IMG/VR virus record: IMGVR_UViG_3300002143_000153
Span: 1-64,000 of that record
Direction: 5' to 3' (one strand)
Length of the DNA: 64,000 nt
From: a virus
The position numbers and the translations under genes are program-made. Below are positions 48,301-56,647 of the stretch, one piece after another. A model generated the notes under the pieces. That model was not told the origin of the DNA. It ran no database searches and saw only the letters and a program-made list of their open reading frames with translations. Every line of letters begins with the position of its first letter. Position 1 is the stretch's first letter.

Positions 48301-49926
48301 TTAACCCTCACAACTTGCACATTCAAGTATGTTTCTTGAGAATGCTTGAGCTGAACTTACACTAAATTGATAGTATAAAGTTTTTACTCCTGATTCATGG
48401 GCAAACAAATATAATTGATTAATATCTTTTGCTGGAACACTAGGATGAATCATTAAGTTTAATGACTGTGATTGATCAATAAACTTCTGTCTTTGTCCTG
48501 CTTGAATAATAATCTCTTTAGGACTAATTTCAATAAATGATTTAAATACTGCTTTAGTAGGAAAATCAAGGTGTTGTACAGACCCATCTTTCTTTAAAAT
48601 ACTATCCCAGGTTTTATCATTATTTAAACCATATTTATCTAATTCAGATTCTAAGAAAGGATTTTTGTATACAGTTTTAGACTTGGCTAAATCTTTTACA
48701 AAATAATTAGATTTAATAGGTTCAATACCCATGGATACTTGACCATGTATAAATGACGAAGATTTAGTTGGAGCAATAGCAACCAACGTAGTATTAGCGT
48801 AACCATTTCTTATAGATTTTACATTACCAATTTCACAGAGTTCTCTTGAGGCTGCCTCAGATTTATCTTTAATTGTTTTAAATATTTGTGTGTTTAATAA
48901 TTTAGCTTCCATTGACTCAAACTCAATGAGTTCGGATTGTAAATATGAATGCCATCCAAGTACACCTAAACCAATTGCTCTATGTTCTTTTGCAAAATTA
49001 TATGCTCTAGCCATTCCGGGCATTGTTTTAGATTTAGTAATAAATTCATCTATAACAGCATTCAAAAATAACGTATAAGTTTCAATAGCATCTGTTTTAA
49101 CAAGCTCATCCCAATGTAAAAGATTGATGGATCCTAAACAACAAACAAATGAATTAAATGAATCAGTTGGTAATTGAATTTCAGAACATAAATTAGATGC
49201 AGTGATCTCAAGACCTAGTTCTTTATAAGGTGAATTGTTATTTGTGTTGTCCTTAAACATAATATAAGGAAAACCAAATTCATTACGTCTTTGAATAACT
49301 TTAGCCCAGATTTTACGTTTATCAGCATCTCCTGCTTTCATTTCAGCAATCCAAGCATCGGTAACAGTAACTCCGTACTGTAGGTTTTGAATTGGATTAC
49401 CCTCAGTTCCCATATCTAAGAACTCTAAAATATCATTGTGTTCTACTGGTAACCATGCAGCGCATGCTCCACGTCTTGCTTCTGATTGTTTACATACATC
49501 CACAACTGTATCATAAATTCTAGCATAATGTACGGGACCATCTGCAGTTCCTCCAGTTGTTATTGCTGTACCTCTTGATCTAATATTTCCTAAGTATACA
49601 GAAGTTCCTCCTCCATACTTAGACATCATACCAATTTCACGGCCTGCGTTTAATATGCTATCTAGATTATCATCTACGTTACTTCCGTAGCAACTTATAG
49701 GTAAACCTTTTTGTTTACCAAAGTTAATCCATACAGGGGTAGATAAACTATAAAAACCTCTAGCCATATAGTCTTCAAACTTTTTAGCAAAACCATTAAC
49801 CTTAAGATACTTTTCAGCTATTACTGCAATATCATGTATACGTTGTTCAGGGCTCTCATTAATGTAACCTCTTGATAAAAATGTGCGGCTATCTTCATTA
49901 AGCCAATAATACTTTTTTCTTTCCAT
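48301..49926 (-). CDS. nrdA: Ribonucleotide reductase class Ia alpha subunit (short, no ATP cone)
   Basis: SCYG, NLCSEI, APT and C-terminal CASC motifs; likely start MERKK at 49926. Confidence 0.93.
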   Translation of the reverse strand: MERKKYYWLNEDSRTFLSRGYINESPEQRIHDIAVIAEKYLKVNGFAKKFEDYMARGFYSLSTPVWINFGKQKGLPISCYGSNVDDNLDSILNAGREIGMMSKYGGGTSVYLGNIRSRGTAITTGGTADGPVHYARIYDTVVDVCKQSEARRGACAAWLPVEHNDILEFLDMGTEGNPIQNLQYGVTVTDAWIAEMKAGDADKRKIWAKVIQRRNEFGFPYIMFKDNTNNNSPYKELGLEITASNLCSEIQLPTDSFNSFVCCLGSINLLHWDELVKTDAIETYTLFLNAVIDEFITKSKTMPGMARAYNFAKEHRAIGLGVLGWHSYLQSELIEFESMEAKLLNTQIFKTIKDKSEAASRELCEIGNVKSIRNGYANTTLVAIAPTKSSSFIHGQVSMGIEPIKSNYFVKDLAKSKTVYKNPFLESELDKYGLNNDKTWDSILKKDGSVQHLDFPTKAVFKSFIEISPKEIIIQAGQRQKFIDQSQSLNLMIHPSVPAKDINQLYLFAHESGVKTLYYQFSVSSAQAFSRNILECASCEG

Positions 49927-49930
49927 AATT

Positions 49931-50911
49931 TTAAAATAAGTCATCAGCTGTTATAGCTTTTGATTTTTTGTTGTAATCTATTTGTTTTTTGTAAAAGAAG
50001 TCTCCTTCTTTAGTTGCTGTAATTTCTACATCAAACCATTTAGTTGATGCTAATAATACAGGGTCTGGTGTGAATATAGGATTCATTCCAATTTTCATTA
50101 ATGAATTATTAAATCTGTTTTGAATAAATTGCTTAATAGTTTCCAAAGATAGAAACTCTAATTCACCTTTTTCAAATATCCAATCTAGTATTCCACACTC
50201 TGCAACATAAGCTTTTTTGCATGCTGAATAAACCAACTCTTCAAATTCTTCATCAAACCACTCAGGGTTTTCTTCTTTGATTATATTAATTATTTCAACA
50301 CCAAAGTTACCATGGATATCTTCTTCTTTACTTGTTGCTTCAACTACATTAGAGATTCCTTTAAATAAGTTCTTCTCCTTGTTAAAAGACATCATAATTA
50401 AGAATTGGCTAAATAAACTAACATGCTCTATAAACAAAGAGAATAGTAGTACAGACTTAGTATACATTTTATTGTCTTTACTACGAGAGCCATCTAAGTA
50501 CTTTTTTAAGTACTTAATCCTGTCTTTAATAGCCGGGATTTCTACTACAGTTCTAAACTCTTCTTCTAGCCCAAGGATTCTTAAAAGTCTAGCATAAGCA
50601 TCTTTGTGTCTTACCTCAGATTCTGCAAAGGTCATTCCTACATCACCTACTTCTGTGATTGGCATTCTCTTATAAAGATCAGCCCAAAATGTTTTAACAT
50701 TAACTTCTATTTGCGCAATTGCAAGCATTGTTTTTTTAATTACTTCACGCTCTTGATCATTAACTTTAACCTTATAATCATCAATGTCTGTTGTAAAATT
50801 GTATTCAGTATCTATCCAATATGAATGTCTAATAGCGTCTTTGTATTCTAGTAGTGATGGGTATTCATAAGGTAGAATATTTTCCCTAGGCATAAAAATG
50901 TTTTTTGTCAT
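49931..50911 (-). CDS. nrdB: Ribonucleotide reductase class Ia beta subunit
   Basis: EVRHKDAY and EEDIH di-iron/tyrosyl motifs; DFF..Y tail. Confidence 0.93.
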   Translation of the reverse strand: MTKNIFMPRENILPYEYPSLLEYKDAIRHSYWIDTEYNFTTDIDDYKVKVNDQEREVIKKTMLAIAQIEVNVKTFWADLYKRMPITEVGDVGMTFAESEVRHKDAYARLLRILGLEEEFRTVVEIPAIKDRIKYLKKYLDGSRSKDNKMYTKSVLLFSLFIEHVSLFSQFLIMMSFNKEKNLFKGISNVVEATSKEEDIHGNFGVEIINIIKEENPEWFDEEFEELVYSACKKAYVAECGILDWIFEKGELEFLSLETIKQFIQNRFNNSLMKIGMNPIFTPDPVLLASTKWFDVEITATKEGDFFYKKQIDYNKKSKAITADDLF

Positions 50912-50938
50912 AAGTGTTTAATTATTAATTGGTTGTAG

Positions 50939-50983
50939 AAAAAAATAGCTATAAAGCAAGTTGAGTAACAAGCTTTATAGCTA
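50939..50983 (-). terminator. Hairpin plus T-run upstream of nrdB
   Basis: Perfect 12-bp inverted repeat TAGCTATAAAGC/GCTTTATAGCTA (50946-50983) followed by a T-run on the minus strand. Confidence 0.6.
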
Positions 50984-51037
50984 ATAGTGTATAGTCAATT
51001 TACAAAAAATTGAACAGTGTTCCTAGAGGAACTTTAA

Positions 51038-51274
51038 TTATTTCCAAAAAATATGGGAATAACTAAATGTTAAAAATAAAAAACCTAACTCAATACTTAT
51101 TAGGGGTCTAAATTCATCGTCCTCACATTTTGCGTGTGTGTTGTGTAATTTGATACCTAACAAAGGTTCTTGAGGTAATAATACTAAATAAAACTTATGA
51201 TTAAAAGTTTCTTGTTTTATATCTGACATAATTATTAATTTTTTTGATTTAAACTTTTTAAATGTCATAGACAT
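51038..51274 (-). CDS. Small hypothetical protein, beta-rich hydrophobic C-terminus
   Basis: ORF; the real start may be the internal MSDIK. Confidence 0.5.
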   Translation of the reverse strand: MSMTFKKFKSKKLIIMSDIKQETFNHKFYLVLLPQEPLLGIKLHNTHAKCEDDEFRPLISIELGFLFLTFSYSHIFWK

Positions 51275-51303
51275 TTTGTATATTGTATCTATGGATGTAT
51301 AAG

Positions 51304-51311
51304 CAAAGATA
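51304..51311 (-). promoter_or_regulatory. TAnnTTTG -7 box facing the RNR operon
   Basis: Minus strand TATCTTTG in the divergent intergenic region. Confidence 0.45.
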
Positions 51312-51357
51312 AATGTTTTGCTATATAATCCTTTTTATTTATAAAATATTTTAAAAA

Positions 51358-51666
51358 ATGGAGTGGACTCAAATTATTATTACCGTTATTACTGTAGCTG
51401 GATCTACGGGAATATGGAAATTTTTAGAAACCAAGTACATTGCAATGCAAGAAGAAAAAAGATTGGATTTAGAAAATAGTGACGGAATGCAATTTAGAGA
51501 TGATTTAAAATCAAGAGTTAGAAATCTTGAAACTTTATTGGCTGGTTCAGCAGATCAAAAAGATCAATTAAGAAATCAAGTTTTATTATTAACTGCAGAA
51601 GTACATGCTTTGAGGGTTAAAGTTGAATATCTTGAGAAAGAAAATGAAAGACTTAAAAATATATGA
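51358..51666 (+). CDS. N-terminal TM plus coiled-coil protein (holin/chaperone-like)
   Basis: WTQIIITVITVAGSTGIW followed by heptad repeats. Confidence 0.55.
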   Translation: MEWTQIIITVITVAGSTGIWKFLETKYIAMQEEKRLDLENSDGMQFRDDLKSRVRNLETLLAGSADQKDQLRNQVLLLTAEVHALRVKVEYLEKENERLKNI

Positions 51667-51721
51667 TTTTGAAAGTATATAATTTTGTAGTATATTGATA
51701 GAGTATAGATATATAATTAAA

Positions 51722-51940
51722 ATGATTAATAAATTATTAAATAAAATTTGGAATTGGGCTTGGTTCAAAACCAATATTAATGAAAAGGTTATTGAGGTTG
51801 TTACAGAAACTAAACCAAAAGTAAAAGTAGTTAAAAAAGAATTGCAAGATGTTAAAGAAACATCTGAAGAACTTTTATCTAAAGTTAAAAAAGTAGATAA
51901 AACTATTAAACCTAAACCAAGAGTTAAAAAAGTTAAATAA
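51722..51940 (+). CDS. Small Lys-rich hypothetical protein
   Basis: ORF; ATG at 51722 (MINKLLNKIW) is more plausible than the TTG at 51695. Confidence 0.5.
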   Translation: MINKLLNKIWNWAWFKTNINEKVIEVVTETKPKVKVVKKELQDVKETSEELLSKVKKVDKTIKPKPRVKKVK

Positions 51941-51941
51941 A

Positions 51942-52187
51942 ATGAAAGTTATAAATTGGATTACAGGATTACTTAAAGATGAAAAAGGTTCACCTTCTTC
52001 AAAAAGATTTATAGGTATTATTGCAGGTCTTACTTTATGTGCTACTTTATTTGTTAATCAATATACAGACGAAGCAATTGCTCCATCTCCTGTATTAATA
52101 AATGCAGTAGCAGCTTTAGCATTTGGTGCTTTAGGATTAGCATCAGTAGATAAGATCTGGGGTAAAAAAGATAATAAAGAAGACTAA
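51942..52187 (+). CDS. Two-TM small membrane protein, holin-like
   Basis: SSKRFIG followed by two hydrophobic helices and a charged tail. Confidence 0.6.
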   Translation: MKVINWITGLLKDEKGSPSSKRFIGIIAGLTLCATLFVNQYTDEAIAPSPVLINAVAALAFGALGLASVDKIWGKKDNKED

Positions 52188-52189
52188 CA

Positions 52190-52327
52190 ATGGCTAAAAT
52201 TAATGTAGGTGGTACATTCCAGAAAAAAACAAAAGTTAAAAGACCTGGTGTGCATGCTAAAACTAAAACTAGCAATAACAAAAATAGTGCAAACTATAAA
52301 AAGAAATATATAGGGCAAGGTAAATGA
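52190..52327 (+). CDS. 45-aa highly basic microprotein (not in ORF track)
   Basis: MAKINVGG...KRPGVHAK...YKKKYIGQGK; ATGA overlap with the next ORF. Confidence 0.7.
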   Translation: MAKINVGGTFQKKTKVKRPGVHAKTKTSNNKNSANYKKKYIGQGK

Positions 52328-52470
52328 AGGATTGGAGTTTATTAATAGCTTTTCACTGGCCTCATGATAGATTTATATTTGGTTGGGAAATAATACATCC
52401 TGATAAAGAATTTAATACATATAATTTTACATTATATTTGTTGATAGTAACGTTAACTTTAGAAATTTAA
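52324..52470 (+). CDS. 48-aa hydrophobic beta-type microprotein (not in ORF track)
   Basis: MKDWSLLIAFHWPHDRFIFGWEII...LYLLIVTLTLEI; translationally coupled. Confidence 0.65.
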   Translation: MKDWSLLIAFHWPHDRFIFGWEIIHPDKEFNTYNFTLYLLIVTLTLEI

Positions 52471-52474
52471 AAAG

Positions 52475-52630
52475 ATGAAAAATATAAAATATAAAATAGG
52501 TGGTGAAACATTACTATCTAAATTAACTTATGGTGGTTCATCAATTGATATGTCTGAACCTATGGTTAAAAGAATGCAAATGGGAGGAAGTACTGCTAAT
52601 ACACATAATAGTCCCAAAAAGAAAAAGTAA
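52475..52630 (+). CDS. 51-aa microprotein with three xxxGG cargo-type motifs (not in ORF track)
   Basis: MKNIKYKIGGETLLSKLTYGGSSIDMSEPMVKRMQMGGSTANTHNSPKKKK; TAATG overlap with the next gene. Confidence 0.7.
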   Translation: MKNIKYKIGGETLLSKLTYGGSSIDMSEPMVKRMQMGGSTANTHNSPKKKK

Positions 52631-53208
52631 TGAATATTCTTACAGACATATTAAGTTTATTTAAAAGAAAACAAGTTGTAGATCAGGTTACACCTGAAGA
52701 TCTTATAGTTGTTGGTAGACATGAGAAACCTGATATGTTAGGTATAGCATCTCCAATTCCTTATAAAAGTGTTAAGCTTGTTAAGGTAAAGGATTTATTG
52801 TCTATAGATGATTGTGCTCATACTAATGTTAATAATGGTACAGGCACTAACCCGGTTGGTATATTTCATAACAAAACTTCAGAACCTTGTTCTATAAATC
52901 TTAGAAGTATATCTGGTATAGGAAACAATATTAGTGTTGTTCAAAATGATAAAGAAATTGAAATTTCTACAACAGGAGAACCTAATACAGGAATTAATTT
53001 AGGTATTGGTGCTAAAGTATTTAAAACTAAAGTTGCTGAAGTATTAAATTTCAGAACATTAATTTCAAATAATGGATCTATTCTTATTATAGAAGACACA
53101 GATCAAATAGACATAAAACTAAATAGAGTTATTATAAATTCTCCTAATGGTGCAGCCTGGGAAATAACAATAGATAATTCAGGTAACTTAACAACAACAC
53201 AACTATAA
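52630..53208 (+). CDS. Short tail-fibre/spike-like protein
   Basis: Two repeats of (N/G).G.G..vF..K....(l)N(l/F)R(S/T); SPNG.W.I.IDN.G.L end; N-terminus paralogous to the next gene. Confidence 0.55.
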   Translation: MNILTDILSLFKRKQVVDQVTPEDLIVVGRHEKPDMLGIASPIPYKSVKLVKVKDLLSIDDCAHTNVNNGTGTNPVGIFHNKTSEPCSINLRSISGIGNNISVVQNDKEIEISTTGEPNTGINLGIGAKVFKTKVAEVLNFRTLISNNGSILIIEDTDQIDIKLNRVIINSPNGAAWEITIDNSGNLTTTQL

Positions 53209-53220
53209 AAATAAAAAATT

Positions 53221-54447
53221 ATGAGTAATATATTACAAGACATAATGGGTATACTTTCTAGAAAAAAGAGAGTAACACCAAAATTAGATGATTCAATTTT
53301 AATAGCTAGACCAGTTTTTAAAACGGATACATTAAAACCTCAACCTGGTTACAATACAGAATTAATTTCTATATCTTCATTAACAACTCTTGTTAATGCA
53401 AATGATCTAAAAGGATCAGGTACAGCTAATAAAGTTACAAAATGGCTTAATGCTAATACAATTTCAAGCAGTTTATTAAATGATAATGGTACAAGTGTAT
53501 GGAATGCAGGTGCGGGTGCTGAAGATTCAAATATAGCCTTTGGGTTATATGCCCTTATGTCTAATACCACAGGGTATCATAACACTGCACTTGGTTATGA
53601 AGCATTAAATAAAAACACCACAGGTTTTGGTAATGTAGCAAATGGTAAAGGTGCTCTTTTTTCCAACATTATAGGGAGAGAAAACACCGCAATAGGTGTT
53701 AACGCCCTTACTTTCAACACCACGGGAGATGAAAACACCGCAACGGGTAATCAATCCCTTTATTCCAACACCACAGGGTATAAAAACACCGCAAATGGTT
53801 ATTTAGCCCTTTCTTTAAACACTATAGGTCACGACAATGTGGCAATAGGACATACAACATTACGTTCTAATACAAGTGGTAATTTTAATACTGCACTAGG
53901 AAATATTACTTTATATTCAAATACAACAGGTATAGATAATACAGCTATTGGACATTCTGCACTTACAAGTAATACAACAGGAAGTCAAAACGTAGCAACA
54001 GGTTTATTTGCACTTAAAACAAATACAACAGGCATAGGAAATACAGCTACCGGGTTTTTCTCATTGTATTTTAACAATGGAGGTTATAATACGGCAGTAG
54101 GGAATAAAGCACTCTATAATAATCAAACAGCAGGTAGTAATGTATCAATGGGTTATCAATCAATGTATTTTAATACAATAGGAGCAAACAATACAGCGAT
54201 TGGCACAAACGGACTCTTAAGTAATACAACAGGGAGTAATAATTCCTCTTTAGGTTATTATACTCAAAGTGGTAATTTTAGTGGTTCTGTTATTTTAGGT
54301 TCAACAGCAGCAGCAACAGCAAATAATCAATTTGTAGTAGGTTCTGCAGTTACAAATGCTGGTGCAGTAACAGCGGAAACACCCACACAAGCAAATGTAT
54401 GGAACGTAGTAATTAACGGAGTAGCAAGAAAAATACTTTTAGCATAA
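53221..54447 (+). CDS. Tail fibre / receptor-binding protein with 14-aa beta-roll (autotransporter-head-like) repeats
   Basis: Roughly 17 tandem NTTG.xNTA.G..AL repeats. Confidence 0.8.
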   Translation: MSNILQDIMGILSRKKRVTPKLDDSILIARPVFKTDTLKPQPGYNTELISISSLTTLVNANDLKGSGTANKVTKWLNANTISSSLLNDNGTSVWNAGAGAEDSNIAFGLYALMSNTTGYHNTALGYEALNKNTTGFGNVANGKGALFSNIIGRENTAIGVNALTFNTTGDENTATGNQSLYSNTTGYKNTANGYLALSLNTIGHDNVAIGHTTLRSNTSGNFNTALGNITLYSNTTGIDNTAIGHSALTSNTTGSQNVATGLFALKTNTTGIGNTATGFFSLYFNNGGYNTAVGNKALYNNQTAGSNVSMGYQSMYFNTIGANNTAIGTNGLLSNTTGSNNSSLGYYTQSGNFSGSVILGSTAAATANNQFVVGSAVTNAGAVTAETPTQANVWNVVINGVARKILLA

Positions 54448-54454
54448 AAATAAT

Positions 54455-54796
54455 ATGAACTATAATTGGACAGTAACAAATCTTTATACGATTGACGCAA
54501 ACACAGAGGTGAACTATGTCGTTAATGCGTTGTATAATGTAACAGCAATGGAGCAGATTGAGGATGAGGTGTACACAGCTACACTATCTAACTCAGCTCA
54601 GTTTGAAGTAAAAGAAGGTGACTCTTTTGTTCCTTACGTTGATTTAACTAATGACTTAGTTATTGAGTGGATTCAAACAGGACTAGGTCAAGATGGAGTT
54701 TACAATATTGAGGCATCAGTAGAAGGAATGGTTAATAGCCAAATAAATCCTTCTGTAAATCCTGAAAATACACCACTCCCCGAAAACTTTAATTAA
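54455..54796 (+). CDS. Probable tail-fibre assembly chaperone
   Basis: Acidic; NYNWTV..FVPY.DLT...VIEWI pattern commonly found downstream of fibre genes. Confidence 0.5.
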   Translation: MNYNWTVTNLYTIDANTEVNYVVNALYNVTAMEQIEDEVYTATLSNSAQFEVKEGDSFVPYVDLTNDLVIEWIQTGLGQDGVYNIEASVEGMVNSQINPSVNPENTPLPENFN

Positions 54797-54816
54797 ACCT
54801 AAACATACATAACCAA

Positions 54817-54963
54817 ATGACAGAAGCACAAGCAAAAGAAGTACTTTACAATGCAGTTAACATAGCAACCTCTAAAGGTTGTTATAATTTAGATCAAACT
54901 ATTAATATAGTAGATGCATTAAGAATTGTTTTAGTAAAAGAAGAAGAAACTGTAAGTTTGTAA
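54817..54963 (+). CDS. 48-aa helical microprotein (not in ORF track)
   Basis: MTEAQAKEVLYNAVNIATSKGCYNLDQTINIVDAL...; ends just before the terminator. Confidence 0.6.
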   Translation: MTEAQAKEVLYNAVNIATSKGCYNLDQTINIVDALRIVLVKEEETVSL

Positions 54964-54983
54964 GGTTACTAATCAGTGAAAAT

Positions 54984-55013
54984 AAAAAGGGAGCCATTGA
55001 AGCTCCCTTTTTT
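54984..55013. terminator. Bidirectional intrinsic terminator
   Basis: AAAAAGGGAGC-CATTGAA-GCTCCCTTTTTT between convergent genes. Confidence 0.85.
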
Positions 55014-55036
55014 ATTATAAACTTTTTTTAAGTTAT

Positions 55037-55126
55037 TTAATCTTGAGATTTATTTTTTCCAAATATTAAAATAGATAAAATAAATAATACTATAGTTATT
55101 ATTACTTCAATAATACCCTTAAGCAT
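55037..55126 (-). CDS. 29-aa single-TM microprotein (not in ORF track)
   Basis: MLKGIIEVIITIVLFILSILIFGKNKSQD; TAATG-coupled to the DUF932 gene. Confidence 0.45.
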   Translation of the reverse strand: MLKGIIEVIITIVLFILSILIFGKNKSQD

Positions 55127-55971
55127 TATAAAATAAATGCTTCATTAGTAATTTCTATGTCTTCAATAGCATTAAAATTATCAGTTGCTGCATTAGCAAT
55201 AACAGAATCTTTTTGTTGAATTCCCATTTGACCCAGCAAGTCAGCAACAATAAAGTCATGAAACTTTTGACTATCACTTAACCAAGTTCTTGGATGTGAT
55301 TTTTTTAAAGCATGTGTAACATGGTTGTAAAAAGTCCATGCATTGTCTTTATCAGCATTATAATCATATGATGCCTTTGTCATCTCATTTTTAATAACAG
55401 CTACCTGACTGGTGTCAATTATTTCTTTTTCTGCATATAATCTACCTAGTAATTCTGACTGTGCTTTTATATCTAAAGTAACATTTCTTAGATTATTTTT
55501 ATCATCAATGATACGTCTGTAATATTTCTCAGCATTTTTGATTTGATTTGATATTTGCATTAAAATATCATAATCTGCAGATCCTGTATGTTTTCTTCTG
55601 AAATTCATCATATCACCTGCAACCATACCATTATAACATACCATTACGTATGCGCCAATAGCACACTGAAAAACTGTACTTTTATCATATGAATTTGTCC
55701 AGGCAAACATCATCCCAAGTTCTGATTCAGTTTTTACTAAATTATCTAGCGGGTTTCTAGGTACAATATGATATATACCTTGAGCTACATTTGCGTTCAT
55801 GTTAGCTCTATAAAGTTCTCTAGTAACATGGAAACCACTGGCATTCAGCATGTTGAGAGTATTGTGTATAACCTCTTTATGAGGAATTACGGTGTAAGAT
55901 TGACCGTGGGTTGGTAATGAGGCAGCCTCTAAATAGGCTCTCGTTGTGTCTTTTGGTTTTGTATATCCCAT
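55126..55971 (-). CDS. DUF932/DUF945-like protein
   Basis: NSYDKS...VCYNG...RKH and W..YN.VT motifs. Confidence 0.7.
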   Translation of the reverse strand: MGYTKPKDTTRAYLEAASLPTHGQSYTVIPHKEVIHNTLNMLNASGFHVTRELYRANMNANVAQGIYHIVPRNPLDNLVKTESELGMMFAWTNSYDKSTVFQCAIGAYVMVCYNGMVAGDMMNFRRKHTGSADYDILMQISNQIKNAEKYYRRIIDDKNNLRNVTLDIKAQSELLGRLYAEKEIIDTSQVAVIKNEMTKASYDYNADKDNAWTFYNHVTHALKKSHPRTWLSDSQKFHDFIVADLLGQMGIQQKDSVIANAATDNFNAIEDIEITNEAFIL

Positions 55972-55996
55972 TTATTTATATTTATTATTCTTGTAA

Positions 55997-56266
55997 TAAA
56001 GTGCGGTAAAACGCTCTTTTGATATGTATTTATGCGGTATTATACGTATTTGCAGCATAAAGTGCAGTATAAGGTACTTTTATATGCTTTAATGTAGTAT
56101 ATATGACGCATTAAGGGTGTTAATTCGGATAATGTCCGAGTTATGCAACATAATTTTGCATAATAAACCTTACAGATATATTGTGCATTTTTTAACAAAT
56201 TGGTTTACTTATTGGTTTGTATTTATACTTTATATGCTTGTCACAAATTTACAAATAATTGTGACA
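55997..56266. repeat. Non-coding array of diverse ~21-28 bp palindromes
   Basis: Inverted repeats at 55998-56019, 56059-56080, 56089-56114, 56122-56142, 56141-56163 and 56239-56266. Confidence 0.8.
56244..56251 (-). promoter_or_regulatory. TAnnTTTG -7 box embedded in the TGTCACAA/TTGTGACA palindrome
   Basis: Minus strand TAAATTTG, facing the array and the DUF932 gene. Confidence 0.45.
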
Positions 56267-56288
56267 CAATAAGATCAAAATTTAATAT

Positions 56289-56486
56289 TTATTTAACTAT
56301 TTCAACTTCAGTCCATCCAGCAAGATGAACAATTTCACCTTTTAAATTAATGCAGTATGAATACATGCCATCAAGATGGTCAAATATTAATATATCTTCT
56401 TGATTTAATTTAGGACTTTCTGGTGGAGTATCTGCATCAGATATTATTCTGATTTTAGATCCTTTTGGTATGTCGTATAATTTCAT
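56289..56486 (-). CDS. Small hypothetical protein
   Basis: 65-aa ORF with FDHLDGMYSYC. Confidence 0.6.
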   Translation of the reverse strand: MKLYDIPKGSKIRIISDADTPPESPKLNQEDILIFDHLDGMYSYCINLKGEIVHLAGWTEVEIVK

Positions 56487-56647
56487 AAACTTTTGATTTT
56501 ATCAATACCTAATTCATAATGAATAGCCTGTGTGTTAACGTCAGTATTAGATATTGTTGAATAATATAAATTAGAAATTTCCTTTTTTTTATGAAGTTGT
56601 TCTAATATGTTTTGATTAGCTACTTTGTATAGTTCTTTTTTATTCAT
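56483..56647 (-). CDS. 54-aa hypothetical protein (not in ORF track)
   Basis: MNKKELYKV...; overlaps the mazG-like stop and is ATGA-coupled to the next ORF. Confidence 0.45.
   Translation of the reverse strand: MNKKELYKVANQNILEQLHKKKEISNLYYSTISNTDVNTQAIHYELGIDKIKSL

Noticed and set aside
1728-53570. Short opposite-strand or nested ORFs in the track (e.g. 24182-24496, 33560-34015, 47379-47651, 50277-50597)
   Set aside because: They are shadows of long, motif-bearing genes and show no independent signals.
53530-54260. 42-bp periodic DNA as a CRISPR or DGR repeat
   Set aside because: It is the 14-aa coding repeat of the fibre, with synonymous variation; no reverse transcriptase is present in the window.
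55997-56266. CRISPR array or tRNA cluster
   Set aside because: No identical repeats with regular spacers and no cloverleaf/T-loop motifs; the units differ from each other.
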